A stretch of 64,000 nt of DNA from Eledone cirrhosa (lineage: Eukaryota), in NCBI GenBank assembly GCA_964016885.1, contig OZ024742.1:181598001-181662000 (forward strand), given 5' to 3'. The notes under the pieces were generated by a model that was given only the letters and a program-made list of their open reading frames with translations, ran no database searches and had not been told where the DNA came from. Numbering within the stretch: the stretch's first letter is position 1; each line of letters begins with the position of its first letter. Position numbers and translations under genes: made by a program. Of the stretch, positions 29,319-44,409 are shown piece after piece.

Positions 29319-30129
29319 ATACATATATAATAATAATAATAATAATAATTTATATATATATATATCACTCAGAGGCAATTTTACATATTAAACTTATTCC
29401 AAAAGAACTTTATTTAGCCGAGTTTAAGTCACACAGACTAAAATAAGAAAGTCTCACCCATATAATTGTCTCCCTACCCTGATTTCCAAAATGTAGCAAG
29501 CATTTCAAATCATTGGAATTAACAATACTGTAAGAATTTATTTTTTTGTCAGGGGAGTATTTCGTTGTCTAAACCAAGTGCTGTTGAAAACATTGCTTTG
29601 TTAAACTATGAAATGATCAAATCTCTCTATATATATTAGGACAATACGACAGGTTTATAATGACACTAGAAATTGCAGTTAAAAAAACCCATCTAAATCA
29701 ACTCTACAATGAAGGAGTTTTTTTTACATAAGTTTAATATGTAAAATTGCTTATCTGTATATTTTATCTATTCATTGAGATGTCTAAGTATTAGAGACAA
29801 ATAACCTTTTAATTTATATATATGTTTAAAATTTGGGACCCCACCGGCTGAGCTCCTGCCATTTCAACAGCTAGATCTATTACCCACTCTACTACCCCAA
29901 GTATTGAGTACTCTGGTGAGTAATGGTCAAACTGATTTTTACTGCATCCATTGATTTATATATATATATTCATACATACATGCACACGCCAAACTGTCAA
30001 TTTAACTTTATTTTTCAGTTGTAGCTAACATTCCTAGGAAAGTATGAATTTAGTTTCTTACACCTTCTAAATATAGGGACTAGGTGTGAAATGAAATGAA
30101 ATCTGAATTACATGTTACATGAAGATTAT

Positions 30130-30610
30130 CACAAAAGATTTCTCCCTATTTAAAAAAGGATGACTGAATGATACTTGTGTGTGAAGTGCGATACTGCATG
30201 GTATGAAACATGGGCTGTGACTGCAGGGGACATGCGTAGACTGAAGAGAATGAAGCAACAATGATTCGTTCGATGTGCAATGTAAGTGTGCGAGAAAGAC
30301 AGAGCTTGGAAAGCTGAGGGAAAAGCTGGGTTTAAGAGGAATCTGAGGTGGTGTGCAAGAGAGAAACCTGCATTGGAATAGACATGTGATGCAGATAGAT
30401 GATGATCGCTGGGTGAAAAAGTGCCAGTGTATCCCAGTGGAGGGAAGCCACAGTAGAACCTGGCAGAAGTTGTGAGAGCTGACATCAACTGAGACTCACG
30501 GAGGAGATGACAAAGAAAGATGGCGAATGGAGGGGTGCCTTGCTGAGATGGACCTGTCCAACCCACTCAAGCATAGAAAAGCAGGTGTAAACATGATGAT
30601 GATGATGATT
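30130..30610 (+). pseudogene. Old RTE 3' end
   Basis: LHG.ETWAV...RRL-like remnant and a (GAT)n tail. Confidence 0.7.
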
Positions 30611-31035
30611 GACTGAGTAGGCAGCAGCTGTAGATCACAGAATAAATGGCTTGCAATGACAACAGTTGTCTTGTGTTCTTTACATGATTTTATATTCTGG
30701 TTTTAAATTTAACAGGAGTCATCTTTGTCTTACATGTCAAAGGAATAGACAAATAAATGCAAGTTATGCCATGATAACATGCACTAAGTAGACTCTATAA
30801 ACTGGTAGTGCTGGTCTCATGACAAAATGCACTAAGTACACTCTGTATATTGTTAGTGCTAGCACTATAGTAAAATGTGTACTCAGTACATTCTGTAAAA
30901 GGGTTGGCATTAGGAAGGGCATCCAGCCATGGAAATCATGCTAATGAATGGAATATAAGAGTAAAATGAGGTTTCACCAACTTGTCCTGTCTCAAAGGGT
31001 GACAACCCATGCAGACATAAAATAATGATGATGAC

Positions 31036-31072
<37 letters not shown>

Positions 31073-32423
31073 CACTGGTGTCTATTCAATTGACTGTATC
31101 TCATCCCTACAATGTGTGACTTTGTGTCAATGCAAACAATCACATTATGTTATATTTAGTCAAGAGTGGTGAGTTGATAAAAATGGCAGCATGTTAGACT
31201 AAAACGTATTTAATTTTAGTTCTGAGTTGAAACCTTGTCGAGGTTAACAGCGTAAGTAGCATTAAGATAGTGGGGCTGATTCAACCGATTATACATCTAC
31301 CCAACAAAACTTGGCCTCATGTCTAGTTCAAAGAAATCAATATTATATAACTCATCAGAAATCTTTTCAAATTCCAGTGAATATATCTAGAAAACTATAT
31401 TAAATGGATTTTTCAAAGATTCCGCTGTTAAACTGTCACGGCATCATAGAAATAATGGGCTATGGACAACGTTTCATCTCTAGCTGTTCTCATTTCTACC
31501 ATTGAAATTTTATCGTAAATTAACTAGAGTCTGAAATACTTGCTCTAGGGAATATATTCATAATCTATACTGATAGCATTCCATAGGAAATGTTAAGCTG
31601 TACTATATCTAATATAAAAGAGTAGGAGGTTAGAATATTTTAGTTAATTTTCAATATAAGTGAAGTGAATGTTGTTCATTTCATTAAAAACTTTGTTTGC
31701 ACCAATATAAATAAACTTCAGTGACCATCCTTCCCAATTCATTCTTAGCTATTAGTATGATCTCCTGTTCTAATGTGTAATATATAGTTTAATATAAGGT
31801 GATAAATACTATAAGATGGCTGGCATATTTAGTTAGCTTTGATCGTTTGAAAATCCTACTTGATTAAGTATGCACACTCACATACATGCAGAGACACACA
31901 CACACACACCCATACAATTCTTACCATCTCTTTCCATAAAAACTTGTTACAGTGTAGGATCAAAAATAAATTTCCAATGTTTTCACTACAACCACTTCTC
32001 TCTCTTTTTCTTTCTCACTCTTTCTCCCACTCACACACTCACTCTTAACATTTTATAGAAACTATACTACAGCTTTAATATAATAGATAATCATTACACT
32101 AGTTTCTAACAAGAATATATGGTCAACACTTTAAGAGATAATAGTTGACTAAATCAGTTCCCCATTAGAGCATCAAATGAAATATCCTGTGGCATTTGTT
32201 CTGGCCTTTGCATTCTGGGTTCAAATACCATTGTCAGTTACTTAGGTGATTAATATTCTTAATAAATTTAACTCCATTACTTGGCTCTTGTGTGTCTTTA
32301 GTGAAGTCTACTGCTGCAGGCTAAATCTTTGGTTTGATGGAAATTTCCACAACAAACCTATTATACATATTTTACAAACTGTTAAGGTCTACAGAACATT
32401 CTAGTTAAGTAAACATTATTATC

Positions 32424-32623
32424 TGGATTGGCAGTATCGGTAGAGGGTCGGACGCCATGCTTTCCAGCATAGTTACGTCCCTTAGAGTTATGGCCCTTTA
32501 CGTTCTGGGTTCAAATCCCGCCGAGGTTGACTTTGCCTTTCATCCTTACGGGGTCGATAAAATAAAGTACCAGTAATGCACTGGGTAATTGCTGGCCTTG
32601 TGCCTAAAGTAGAAACAATTATT
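32424..32623 (+). mobile_element. SINE family 2
   Basis: Close match to 11151-11345. Confidence 0.88.
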
Positions 32624-33900
32624 ATCATAGCTTAGATCTTCCTCACTCATTTTTTAGTTTTGTTGTTTGGTAGATAGTCTCTGTCAGTGCAAACCAAAGT
32701 TATCCTAAATGTGATAATTACTTTAGAAGCTCATAGGATTTTTTTTTTTAAGATTGACAAGATCCCACACCTCATCTGCTTACCAAGTCTAGTGGAACTC
32801 ATCAGACAGGACCAAGGAAACTATATTTCCATTAGTTTTTCCAATTTCTGATACAATCTACTGGTCGCAACTCCTGGCAGAAGGAACAACATAAAAAAAA
32901 GTGTCTTGCTCAAGGACATAACATATCGCCCAGTCTGGGAATCAAACTCACAACATCACAATTGTGAATCCAACTCTCTAACCACTAAACCATGAACTAC
33001 ATTAATATACACTTTCCTTGGGTGCAGGCATTGCTGAGTTGTTAAGGAGTTAGCTTCTCAATTATGAGATTTTAGGCTTGATCCCATCATGTCACAACTT
33101 GAGCAAATGTCTTTTGGGTCAATTGAAGCCTGCTGTGTGAATTTGGATTGATGGAAACTGTGTGGAGGCCCATCAAATGGATTGTACCTGTAATTCATGT
33201 TATAAAGCTCCTTTAATTCACATATTGTGACTGATTTACATTAAGGCTGAACTTGTCTATAGAGTACTCAGCCACTACACATTATTTCAAACAACTGAAT
33301 ACACATCATTGAAACTGACAGAGTATCCATTGTGTTGATTTCTGTATTCAGAATGGTAGGGTGTCTGTGATTTAGTGTAGATTTAGTTGCTATTTATAGA
33401 AGGTTGAATCATCACATACAGGTTCTCTAGTTGACTTGTGGAAAGGACGAGCCATGAGTTGAGATATAACATAAACTGATCGATATTTCCATGGAAAGAA
33501 GGATATTTGTTGGAAATGAGGTTATGATACACAAACACACTAAAAGCATCTTCAAATTATTGTCATGACCTGCTGGGATGACCACAGTAAACTATAAAAA
33601 TAGATAAGTGAATTTGATTAATATTGAACAAACACAGCCTTCTACACTTACAAGAGCATCAGTCTTTAGAGGTTTATAGTTGATAAGCAGCTTTATTAGT
33701 TTTAAGATCATAATATATGTGTGTGTAGCATGTGTATGTATATGTGTGTGAGTGCATATATATTATATCATCATTATCATCATCATCACTATTTTACACC
33801 CATTTCTCCATGCTGGCATAGGTTAGATGAGTTGTCCTTTTGTGGCCAATGCCTAGGTCAGGTGATCATATCTTGCTCGTACAGGATATATATATATATA

Positions 33901-34242
33901 GGAGGCACATGGCTTAGTGGTTAGAACATTGGCCTTGCAATCGAAAGATTGTGAGTTCAATTCTCAGAACGAGTAATGTGTTGTTTCCTTGAGCAAGACA
34001 CTTTATTTCACATTGCTCCAGTTTACTCAGCTGTAGAAATGAAACGATAGGGACTGCGGTCCCTATCATTCCACTGCAAAGTGGTCGTGGAGGTGCCACG
34101 GCAAAAAAGCACCCACCACTCACTGTAAATGAGGTTGGTGTTAGGTAGGGTATCCAGCTGTAGAAATCAAGCCAGAATCAGTTCCCGTCCCACCCTTGCA
34201 AGCAGGAAAAAGCGGACGTAAAATGAAATGATGATGAATGAT

Positions 34243-34244
<2 letters not shown>
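33901..34244 (+). mobile_element. SINE family 1
   Basis: Close match to 28938-29318; follows (TA)n. Confidence 0.88.
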
Positions 34245-34280
<36 letters not shown>

Positions 34281-34931
34281 TACACACACACATATATATG
34301 CATATATATATATATATATATACACGCACATATGTACATATAATTTTTTTCTTATCTCTCCATGATAATTGATGATGGAGAATATGCATATATATATATG
34401 TGTGTGTATGCGTGTGTGTGTGTGTGTCACAACACCTTTCTAGGAGAGGGAAACTCTGAAAAAAAAAAAAATCCTGCGGCTTCAGAAGCATCCGACGATG
34501 TTGACCAGTTCTTCTTTTTCGGGTAGTGTTTTCAATGCTCAGAGAGTGGGATTGGTCGAGTGCAAGACCTTTCCCCACTTAAAAAAGCCTTCAAAGCACA
34601 GGCATTGCTTGTTCAAGATCTGTTACAAGCGATTGCATTACTCTTGGCAGAGTTTGCAGCCATCATCCTCATCATCCTCATCATCATCCTCACCAATTTA
34701 CGTCCATTGTTCCACGCTAGCATGGGTTAGACGAGTTTTTCTGGTTGTGGGCAATGCTAGGTCAGTTGATCATGTCTTGCTCATACAGAATTTATTTTGG
34801 CTTGGTTTCAACAGCTGGATGCCCTTCCTAATACCATTTACAGTGAGCAATGGGTGCTTTTTGTCATGACACCTACACGACCACTTTACAGTGTGGATAT
34901 ATATATATATGTATGTGTGTGTGCTTGTATG

Positions 34932-35010
<79 letters not shown>

Positions 35011-35236
35011 TGGCTGCCAACTCGTTTTCGAGTATGGCCACTACTTTATATCCATGTAGGAGAACCCCTACCGATGCGCTGAACGAGTGTGACTTTTTAG
35101 TCCAGCCAGCGACTTGGAAACTCTGGTACAAACACTACACTTGTGACAATTATTGACACATAGTGCTGGGCCCATTGTACCATGTGACGACAAGTGCAGA
35201 GAGATCTCCAGATATAAAGCATATATATATATATAT

Positions 35237-35902
35237 ATCATCATCATCATCATCATCATCATCAGGTTTAGCGTCCGTGTTCCACGCTTGCATGGGTTTG
35301 GACGGGGGTTTTCCCACTTGAGGCAAGAGTGGTTGTCTTGCTCGCATAGGACTGTCTGGCGGGTTTTCTACAGTTGGATGCCCTTCCTAACACCAACCAC
35401 ATTTACAGTGTGGGGCTGGGAGGTTTTTACCGTGTTGCCTACACGGCCACATTTACAGCGTGGACTGTGTGTTTTTTTGTCGTGACACCTACACGATCTC
35501 ATTTGTTTCGGCCTGGATGTTGTGGGACCAACATAACTGTACATTGAAAGGGGCGGTGTGGATGGGGTGTAGGTGGTGGGACGGGGGGGGGGGGTGTTTT
35601 GATAGAGATGCCTACTGACTGTAGTAGGTTTTTACTTTGTATTTAGGTAAGGCGGGTCTTCTCTATTACTGAGTACCGCCAAAGGTCTCGGTCCAGTGAC
35701 ATTGTCTTGGAGAGGTGTAAGCGTGTGAGGTCGGAATTTATCAGCTCGTCCCATGTTTTTCTGGGTCTGCCTACTCCGTGGCTACCGTCTATCTTTATTG
35801 CCCTGCACTTTGTTATACAGCTGTCGTCTTTCATGCGCATCACGTGACCGTACCAACGTAGCCTTCTCTCGAGTAAACAACATCTGATCCCTCTTATTTC
35901 TA
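35237..35902 (-). mobile_element. RTE family A 3' end
   Basis: LEIRGIRCCLLERRLRWYGHV...EKTRLT plus the 3' UTR and (GAT)n. Confidence 0.9.
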
Positions 35903-35946
35903 ATATATATATATACATACATACATACATATATATATATATATAT

Positions 35947-36266
35947 GGAGGCACATGGCTTCGTCGTTAGAGCATTGGCCTTGCAATCTCAGACCGGGTG
36001 ATGTGTTGTTTCCTTGAGCAAGACACTTTATTTCACATTGCTCCAGTTTACTCAGCTGTAGAAATGAGATGATAGGGACTGGGGTCCCTATCATTCCACT
36101 GTAAAGTGTTCGTAGAGGTGCCACGGCAAAAAAGCACTCAGCACTCACTGTAAATGAAGTTGGTGTTAGGAAGGGCATCCAGCTGTAGAAATGAAGCCAT
36201 AATCAGTTCCCATCCTACCCTTGCAAGCAGGGAAAAAGCGGATGTAAAATGAAATGATGATGATGA
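35947..36266 (+). mobile_element. SINE family 1
   Basis: Family match with a small internal deletion in the tRNA head. Confidence 0.85.
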
Positions 36267-36722
36267 TCATCATCATCATCATCATCAACGTTTAACGTCC
36301 GTGTTCCACGCTTGCATGGGTTTGGACAGGGGTTTTCCCACTTGAGGCAAGAGTGATTATCTTGCTCGCATAGGACTATCTGGCGGGTTTTCTACAGCTG
36401 GATGCCCTTCCTAACACCAACCACATTTACAGTGTTGCCTACACAGCCACATTACAGCGTGGACTGTCTGGCGGGTTTTCTACAGCTGGATGCCCTTCCT
36501 AACACCAGCCACATTTACAGTGTGGGGCTGGGAGGTTTTTACCGTGTTGCCTACACGGCCACATTACAGCGTGAACTGTGTGTTTTTTGACGTGATACCT
36601 ACACGATCTCATTTGTTTCGGCCTGGATGTTGTGGCACCAACATAACTTTACATTGAAAGGGGCGGTGTGGATGGGGTGGGGGTGGTAGGACGGGGGTGT
36701 ATTTTGTTAGAGATGCCTACTG
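36267..36722 (-). mobile_element. RTE family A 3' UTR fragment with an internal duplication, tail-to-tail with the SINE
   Basis: Matches 35237-35620; the ggact.tctggcgggttttctacagctggatgcc block occurs twice. Confidence 0.8.
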
Positions 36723-37147
36723 ACGATGATGATATTGTATAAAATACATAACAAACTGGTGTATAGCTTGCTAGGTACTCAGAGTTTCCTGATTGCTGAC
36801 AAATGAAGTAAGATCAACTTACTTCAGCAAACTCAGAGTACTTATATGCCAGTTTACCATGTATTTTATATAATATAGTATATTTACCTCAATGATGACA
36901 TATTGAGGGCACTTTATTTATTGGCAATTATACATATATATATATGAAACCAGTAAAAGACTAAAAGAATATGTATGTGTCCCTGTGACTGTGTGTAAGT
37001 TTACTGTATGTGTATGTTCCATGGCTTAGCAGTTTGATAAATGATGTACCAGGCATGAAAATAAGTACTGCGGGAGTTGGGTGATAATATTTGATATGAT
37101 CAAATAAATATTTCAAAAGTAGTGCTCCATCATGGCCACAATCTAGC

Positions 37148-37300
37148 CAGGAGTGGATTAAACTTGGTGCCCTTGGATGCAAATTTCACCAAGGCCCTTG
37201 CAGATTATTTGTGCTAAGAAAGAAATTAATTTGGGTCCCTTTAAATATTATGAGGCCTTTGGCTACAGCTCAGTCAGCCCCACCTCTTAATCCACCACTG
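37148..37300. mobile_element. Short hAT-like MITE
   Basis: TIR-like ends caggagtggattaa / ttaatccaccactg; the TSD is not convincing. Confidence 0.45.
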
Positions 37301-38138
37301 AGTTTAAAGCCTAAAACTAGTTAAAGAATATTCTGAGAGGTCAGTAGCCCCGCTTCAGCATAAAAAGTGGACACTAAATTATGATGATGATAATAATGAG
37401 GAATATAAATTGTTCTTGTAAAATACAGGTAATGTGTAGCAAATTCAGATATATATTTTGACTGTATGAATACTTTGTTTGTATTAAGTGTATTAATATT
37501 TATAGACTAGATAATTCCATTTATCATCAATATAGTTTTTGCAAGAATCATTATTACATAAACCAAAAGCTAAGCAATAAATGCCACAGCCAAAACGTTA
37601 TGAAATTCTGAAAGCAATAATTCTTGAATTGAAAAACAAAGGATTGTTGTTCATGTGTGGAATCATTTAATTATTTGTTCAACCTTTTAGAATCCTTGCA
37701 GATCATAAAATTATATTGGAATTAACAGCAGAAGACCAAACAATTCTGTAGATTGCTGATATAAGAATAGTTCAGCTGGAAATAAATAGTATTTTAAAAA
37801 GTTATATAGCAATGATTTATAATGAAATCGATGGAGCTGGTGGTGTTGGGGTATATGGATAATTAAATAGAAATGTAAAGGTGTAAAATAAATAAATGAA
37901 TATATACAAATAGATGATGCTACTCCAAATAACTTTTAATATCCTGGACTACATGAAACTACATTAGCAAGACATTATTGGAATGTACAAAACAGCATTA
38001 TCACTGCATCACATGAAAAATTAGTCTTTACCCTAATACTGCAAATTTTCTATTGACGAGTAAAAATAGTACAAAAATTAGATTTGACAAACTTGTTTTT
38101 CAATATTTTCTGCTAAATCATTACTGGATGTTAAAAGT

Positions 38139-38470
38139 TCTTCTTCTTCTTCTTCTTCTTCTTCTTCTTCTTCTTGTCATAGGGTTTAGTACTCAAACAC
38201 TCCTTCCAGCATGTCCTATCAGAAGTAACTATTTTCAATTGATCTAGCTGGATCTCCAAGCAAGGCCAGCTAAGCTCATGGATTGTTATCCAACCATTGT
38301 GTTTGATGTTTACACATGGTTCTCCAGCCAGTTAGTTTTGCCCATTAAAATCTGACCAGAGATTCTTTCCTGGAACATTCTAACCACATGCCCATAGTAT
38401 CAGAACTGTGATCTCTCAATTCAGAGAAGTAGCAGCTCTACCTTGAGCGACTCTCTGATCTTTGAGCTTA
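38139..38470 (-). pseudogene. Old RTE-type LINE 3' end with a (GAA)n tail
   Basis: Minus strand translates SSKIRESLKVELLLL*IERSQF*YYGHVVRM. Confidence 0.65.
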
Positions 38471-38946
38471 GTTTAACAGAAAACCCTCTGTTGGGACTAT
38501 ATCATGTAGCTATCCTCTCCATTACTACACCTCCTCTTCACAGCTCTGGTGAGCACTGGTGAGTTCTGCAAAGGGGAAGTGTGATGATAGAGAGGGTAGC
38601 TGTGGAGTAATAGTGGATGAGGCATGGGTAGGGTGCATAGGGGGTAGAGAGAGTAGCTACTAGGATGCAATAGTGAGGTTATCTAAGGGCTTTAGAGTGA
38701 TAATGGAGGGAGCATGGATAGAATGGGGGGTATGAATTGATAGTGAGAAGAGCTGCTAAGGAGAACCAGTGTCTGAAAGTGTATGTAAGCAAGATGCAGA
38801 CTCCTGGCCTGTCTGGGAGGTCAGTAGCCTCACTTCAATACTGACGTGGTCTATGAAGACCCGACCAACCCTTGCTAGAAGTGAAAGTGGATGTTAAACC
38901 ATGATGATGATGGTGATGATGAATACATATATATATATATATATAT

Positions 38947-39168
38947 ACGCTGTAATGTGGCCGTGTAGGTAACACGGTAAAAACCTCCCAGTTCCACACT
39001 GTAAATGTGGTTAGTGTTAGGAAGGGCATCCAGCCGTAGAAAACCCGCCAGACAGTCCTATGCGAGCAAGACAACCACTCATGCCTCAAGTGGGAAAACT
39101 CCCGTCCAAACCCATGCAAGCATGGAATATGGACGTTTAACGATGATGATGATGATGATGATGATGAT
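38947..39168 (+). mobile_element. RTE family A 3' UTR fragment
   Basis: Matches 24406-24625. Confidence 0.85.
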
Positions 39169-39245
39169 ATGCATACACACACACATAGACACACACACAC
39201 TTATATATATATATACATACACACACACAGAAACATATATATATA

Positions 39246-39594
39246 GAGGCACATGGCTTAGTGGTTAGAGCATTGGTCTTGCAATCGAAAGGTTGTGAGT
39301 TCAATTCTCAGACCGGGTGATGTGTTGTTTCCTTGAGCAAGACACTTTATTTCACATTGCTCCAGTTTACTCAGCTGTAGAAATGAGATGATAGGGACTG
39401 GGGTCCCTATCATTCCACTGTAAAGTGGTCATGGAGGTGCCATGGCAAAAAAGCACCCAGCACTCACTGTAAATGAGGTTGGTGTTAGGAAGGGCATCCA
39501 GCTGTAGAAATCAAACCAGAATCAGTTCCCGTCCCACCCTTGCAAGCAGGAAAAAGCGGACGTAAAATGAAATGATGATGTTGAATGATGATGA
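39246..39594 (+). mobile_element. SINE family 1
   Basis: Family match. Confidence 0.88.
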
Positions 39595-40309
39595 TATATG
39601 CATACATACACACACATACATACAGATATATATATGCATACACACACACACACATATATATATATATGTGTATATATGTATGTATGTGAGTGTCTATATA
39701 TATGTATGTATCTATCTATCTCTCTTTATATGTGTGTATGCATATCTATAAATGTATCATATAAATACATGCATATATATATAGAGAGAGAGAGGGAGGG
39801 GGAGAGAAATGTGATAGAGAGATATAAAATCAATAGATAAACATCAGATACGGAATCACAAATAACATACCGTTTGTGGCAGTGTAGCATTTTATAATTG
39901 GTTCAAAAGACATGATGATGTCTAGTTTCATTCCATTTCCCACATTAAGCAACGCCCAGATTATTCTCAATCTACCATTGATCAGAGCATCGATTTCACG
40001 TGGCTATTTCTGGTTACAATGCTGTTACTTCTGACATCATCATCTTATTCAGAAATAGTTTCAAAGGAAAATAGTATGAACATTTAACTTAGACACTACT
40101 ATTCATCTGTGTTAACAGTTAAGTAGAAAATGCTAAAGTCTTCGTTCCACCAAGCAATCCGTCCATTTTGTGATGGTTAATTTACAACAATGCAGCCATT
40201 ACTGCAGTGTTAAATAGGCTGAATGAAAAATAAGTCATGCAAACTTTTCAACTTTAAGTAAACCAAGCCAAGGGCTAAACAAAGGGAAAAACGTACAAAC
40301 ACACACACA

Positions 40310-40519
<210 letters not shown>

Positions 40520-40570
40520 TATAATATATAAGAACAAAAGATGGTTAAATGAGTTCCATGTATTTTATTA

Positions 40571-40640
40571 TGTTTATTATGCGCATTTCAAAAACAAATA
40601 TCATCATGCAATAATATTTGTGTTTTCATCAGATAAAACA
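40571..40640 (-). ncRNA. Intact type-I hammerhead ribozyme
   Basis: tgttttat-CTGATGA-aaacacaaatat...atatttgttttt-GAAA-tgcgca-T-A-ataaaca, within element 40521-40802 flanked by (TA)n. Confidence 0.82.
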
Positions 40641-40799
40641 GGAGGACATGATATGAAGGTTAAAAAACACTTGTGGATAGTTCAGTTTTAAATCAACATT
40701 TGTTCTTATATATTATGTATACTCCAGTCCTACAAACTGTAGAGTACTTCTTATTCGATATCTGCATTGCTTTATTGTACTACAATAAAACTCACCTCC

Positions 40800-40863
<64 letters not shown>

Positions 40864-40904
40864 ATATATATATATATATATACAATATATATATATATAT
40901 AAAT

Positions 40905-41116
40905 ATAATGAAGGAAGTGTGGTAAGGAACCAGGTGGACCATAATGCACCAGAGTACTCGATACTTAGGGTAGTAGAGTGGGTAATAGGAAAAGAGTCAG
41001 CAACCCGACGGCTGAGCTCTGGCCGTTTCGTCAGCTAGATCCGAACTAGTGGTTTAGTTTGGATCTAGCTGTCGAAACGGTTGGAGCCCAGTCGTTGGGG
41101 TCCTGACTCTTTTCCT

Positions 41117-41118
<2 letters not shown>
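40905..41118 (-). mobile_element. Fold-back pLTR/tail fragment of a PLE-1 sister family (3' half of the hammerhead only)
   Basis: Matches 48050-48180 and folds back near 41050. Similar pieces lie at 54483-54675 and 29835-29925. Confidence 0.7.
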
Positions 41119-41167
<49 letters not shown>

Positions 41168-41170
<3 letters not shown>

Positions 41171-43480
41171 TCATCATCATCATCATCATTTTACGTCCAC
41201 TTTTCCCTGCTTACAAGGGTTGGACGGGTCCTATTCACCATCTCTCCACTTGTCACGGTCCTTCGTCATCTCATCGGTGAGTTTTAGCGATCTGAGGTCT
41301 GCTCTCACCACCTTCCCCCATATCTTCTGCAGTTGCCGCCCATGTCTCACCACCATGCAGCATCGTGCATCTCACAGAGGCATCATATAACCGTCCTTTT
41401 TTACGCAGGGAAAAACCCTTCTTTGTCAACAAAGGAAGCAGCTCCCTAAACTTCTTCCAACCCATCATATTTTCTAGATATTATGGCTTCTGAACACGCC
41501 CCTCTCATGCTAATCCTATCACCTAGGTACCGGAAGCTATCAACGACTTCTATAGAACCTACCTGCATTGGAAAAATGTGTCTATCACTTCGATTAATAC
41601 TGCCAACTTTCCCTGTACATCTACTGCATACGTAGTTTTCCCTACCTGTTAGTTTGCCTGCGATCCGACTACATCTCTTGTGTACCTAAGATCTGCATTG
41701 CGTACATTTTATGGAATTTATGCCAGTTCCTTTCCTACATATCGAACATGGCCATTTCCCTGATCGAATGGGAGTATTGTCCTCTCTTCTACTTATCAAC
41801 ACTTTTGTCTTAGCTATGTTCTCTCTCAGTCCTCTTGATTCCAACTGCTGTTTCCATAGCCATAACTTATTCTCGAGCTCCTCTACTGATTCTGCTATAA
41901 GAGCCAGATCATCAGCATATAGAAGTTCCCATGGGCATCCAGTCTTAAACTCCTCTGTTATGGCTTGGAAGACTATAATGAACAAGAGCGGGCTGAGGAC
42001 CGAATCCTAATGTACACCAACTTGTACCTGGAATTCCCCCACTAAACTCCATACCTACTATCACTTTACTGACAGCACCCTTGTACATAGCTTGCACTGC
42101 CTTCACAAGCGATTCATCTACACCTAGTTTCCTTAGGGACCATCAGATGACAGATCGGGGTACCCTATCAAAGGCCTTCTCTAGGTCAACAAAAGCTAAG
42201 TATAGTGGCTTATTCTTCTCTAAGAACTTCTCTTGTAGTTGCCTCACTAAGAAGAGGGCATCTGTTGTACTTTTCCGCGGCATAAAACAAAACTGCATCT
42301 CATCTAATTTGACCCTTTCTCTAATAAGTGGTGCTAATATTCTCCTTGCCACTTTCATAACCTGATCCATCAGTTTAATGCCTACTTCACCTGATACATT
42401 CAGCATCTCAGCAACTATCCTCGATGGTCCAGCAGACTTACCATTCTTCATTTCTTTAATTGCCTCTTGTACCCTATATTCGTCAATCTCAATAGCTGGT
42501 GTATCTGTTGGGTCTACTGGGGGTAATTTCTCTCTGTCCCATTCGTTCTCAACATTCATCAGTCTCTCATAGTGACATTTCCAGCCCTCCTTTGTTTGAT
42601 CATTTGTGACACTAAATACACCGGCATCATTCCGGACACATTTATCTCCAACAACATCCTGATTTGCACTGACACACTGCCTTGCAATGCAGAATACCGC
42701 ACGTCTCTGATCTTCCCGTCGCAGAACATTGGCAAACCTCCTACTCTCAACCTCCCTGCATGCTAAATACACCTGACATCTAGCCTCTCTCCTAGCAGCT
42801 GTGTATCCTTCTCTACTCCCACCATTTTTCCAAGCCTTCCATGCCAGTCTTTTGTCTCTAATGGCCCTATCTACCGTTCTGTTCCACCACCAGGTCACTC
42901 TCTGTCTGGTCGAAGCTCTGCCCCAACGAAAAGTTTCTTCAGTAGCCTGCAGTAAGTTGTCACGTAAGAAATTCCAGTTATCATCTGTCATACAACTCTA
43001 AATCGTCTTCTTTTTTGTCATACACATCTTGAAGGGCTTTGCTAAATTTATATTTTAATGAAAGGTCGTTTAGCTTCCAGAGCTTTCTTTTCCACACATT
43101 CCTGTATGTCTCATTCTGGTACATACTTCCCCAGGGTAGGCCTTAGTATTTGACACCATCTGTCTGTCTCACTGTCTAACTATCAGGAAGTCAATCTGGC
43201 TTATATGCTCGCCTGATTTGTAGGTTATTAGGTGGTTGGTAGGCTTCTGGAAGTTAGTGTTGCAAATGGTTAGTGCACTTGCATCACAAAATTCAAGAAG
43301 CCTCACTCTTTCTTCATTTCTTGAGCCGTAACCGTGCCCACCATGTACCCCAGTGTATCCATCCTGGAGCTGTCCAACATGTCCATTGAAGTCCCCTGCT
43401 ATCATAACGATGTCTCTGTCTTCTGTCATTGAGGCTGCTTGTAAGTTATGGACCTGACTCTGTATTGATCTGCTTATCAG
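41168..43480 (-). mobile_element. RTE family B, long degenerate copy including an APE endonuclease remnant
   Basis: IAGDFNGHVG...QIDF (APE), RT motifs, YADDL, PHD-like finger and (GAT)n tail; internal deletions. Confidence 0.9.
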
Positions 43481-43852
43481 ACTGGTGATATGACAAAAAA
43501 AAAAAAATCCTCTGCGAAACATGCGTAACATGTCGACACACAATAAATATCTTTTATATGTAAACGAAACTTCCTCGTTTTTTTCTATTATATACACTCT
43601 GCTTGTGTATAGAGTGCTTGATTTGGTACCAACACCAGTATTTCATTGTACTACCTACCTCTATATATATATATATATATATCGGTGTGTGTGTGTATAT
43701 GTATATATATTCTTTTTTATGAGTAAGTGATGAGTCTTGTTACTCAGGAGTTTCACCTGTATACACAGAGGATCATCAAACAAGATTCTGACAATCCTTT
43801 AAGTACACAGGTGAAACTCCAGACTCATCACTCAGTCATAATAAATGATATT

Positions 43853-44044
43853 ACGGTGGATTGGCAGTATTGGTAGAGAGTCGCACGCCATGCTTTGACG
43901 TATAGAGTTACGGCCCTTGCCATTCTGAGTTCAAATCCCGCCAAGGTTAACTTTGCTTTTCATCCTTACGGGGTCGATAAAATAAAGTACCAGTAATGCA
44001 CTGGGTAATTACTGGCCTTGTGCCTAACGTAGAAACAATTATTA
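43853..44044 (+). mobile_element. SINE family 2
   Basis: Family match. Confidence 0.88.
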
Positions 44045-44409
44045 AATTCTATGTGTCTGTCAACATCATATGGATATATTATGTATATATATATATATAT
44101 GATATATATAATATATACATATGTATGTGTGTGTATATATATATATATATAGTGCCAAGTGTTTTTGAAGAATAGAACAAAGAAAAAAAGTGCTGTTTGT
44201 AATTTACAGAGCCAAAGTACATTATATGAATAAGTTCTCCACACAAATGCATGCTACCTATGGTTGCAAACTCCAACCAGCATAGGACATGGACATTTTA
44301 TATCTGATATACCTCTCTTGTCCAATTTATGCATGCAACAATGGAAAACTAGAAAGCCCTCCTCCCCTCTGACACACACAGACAATGCTGCTGAAATGGC
44401 TAAAAGATC

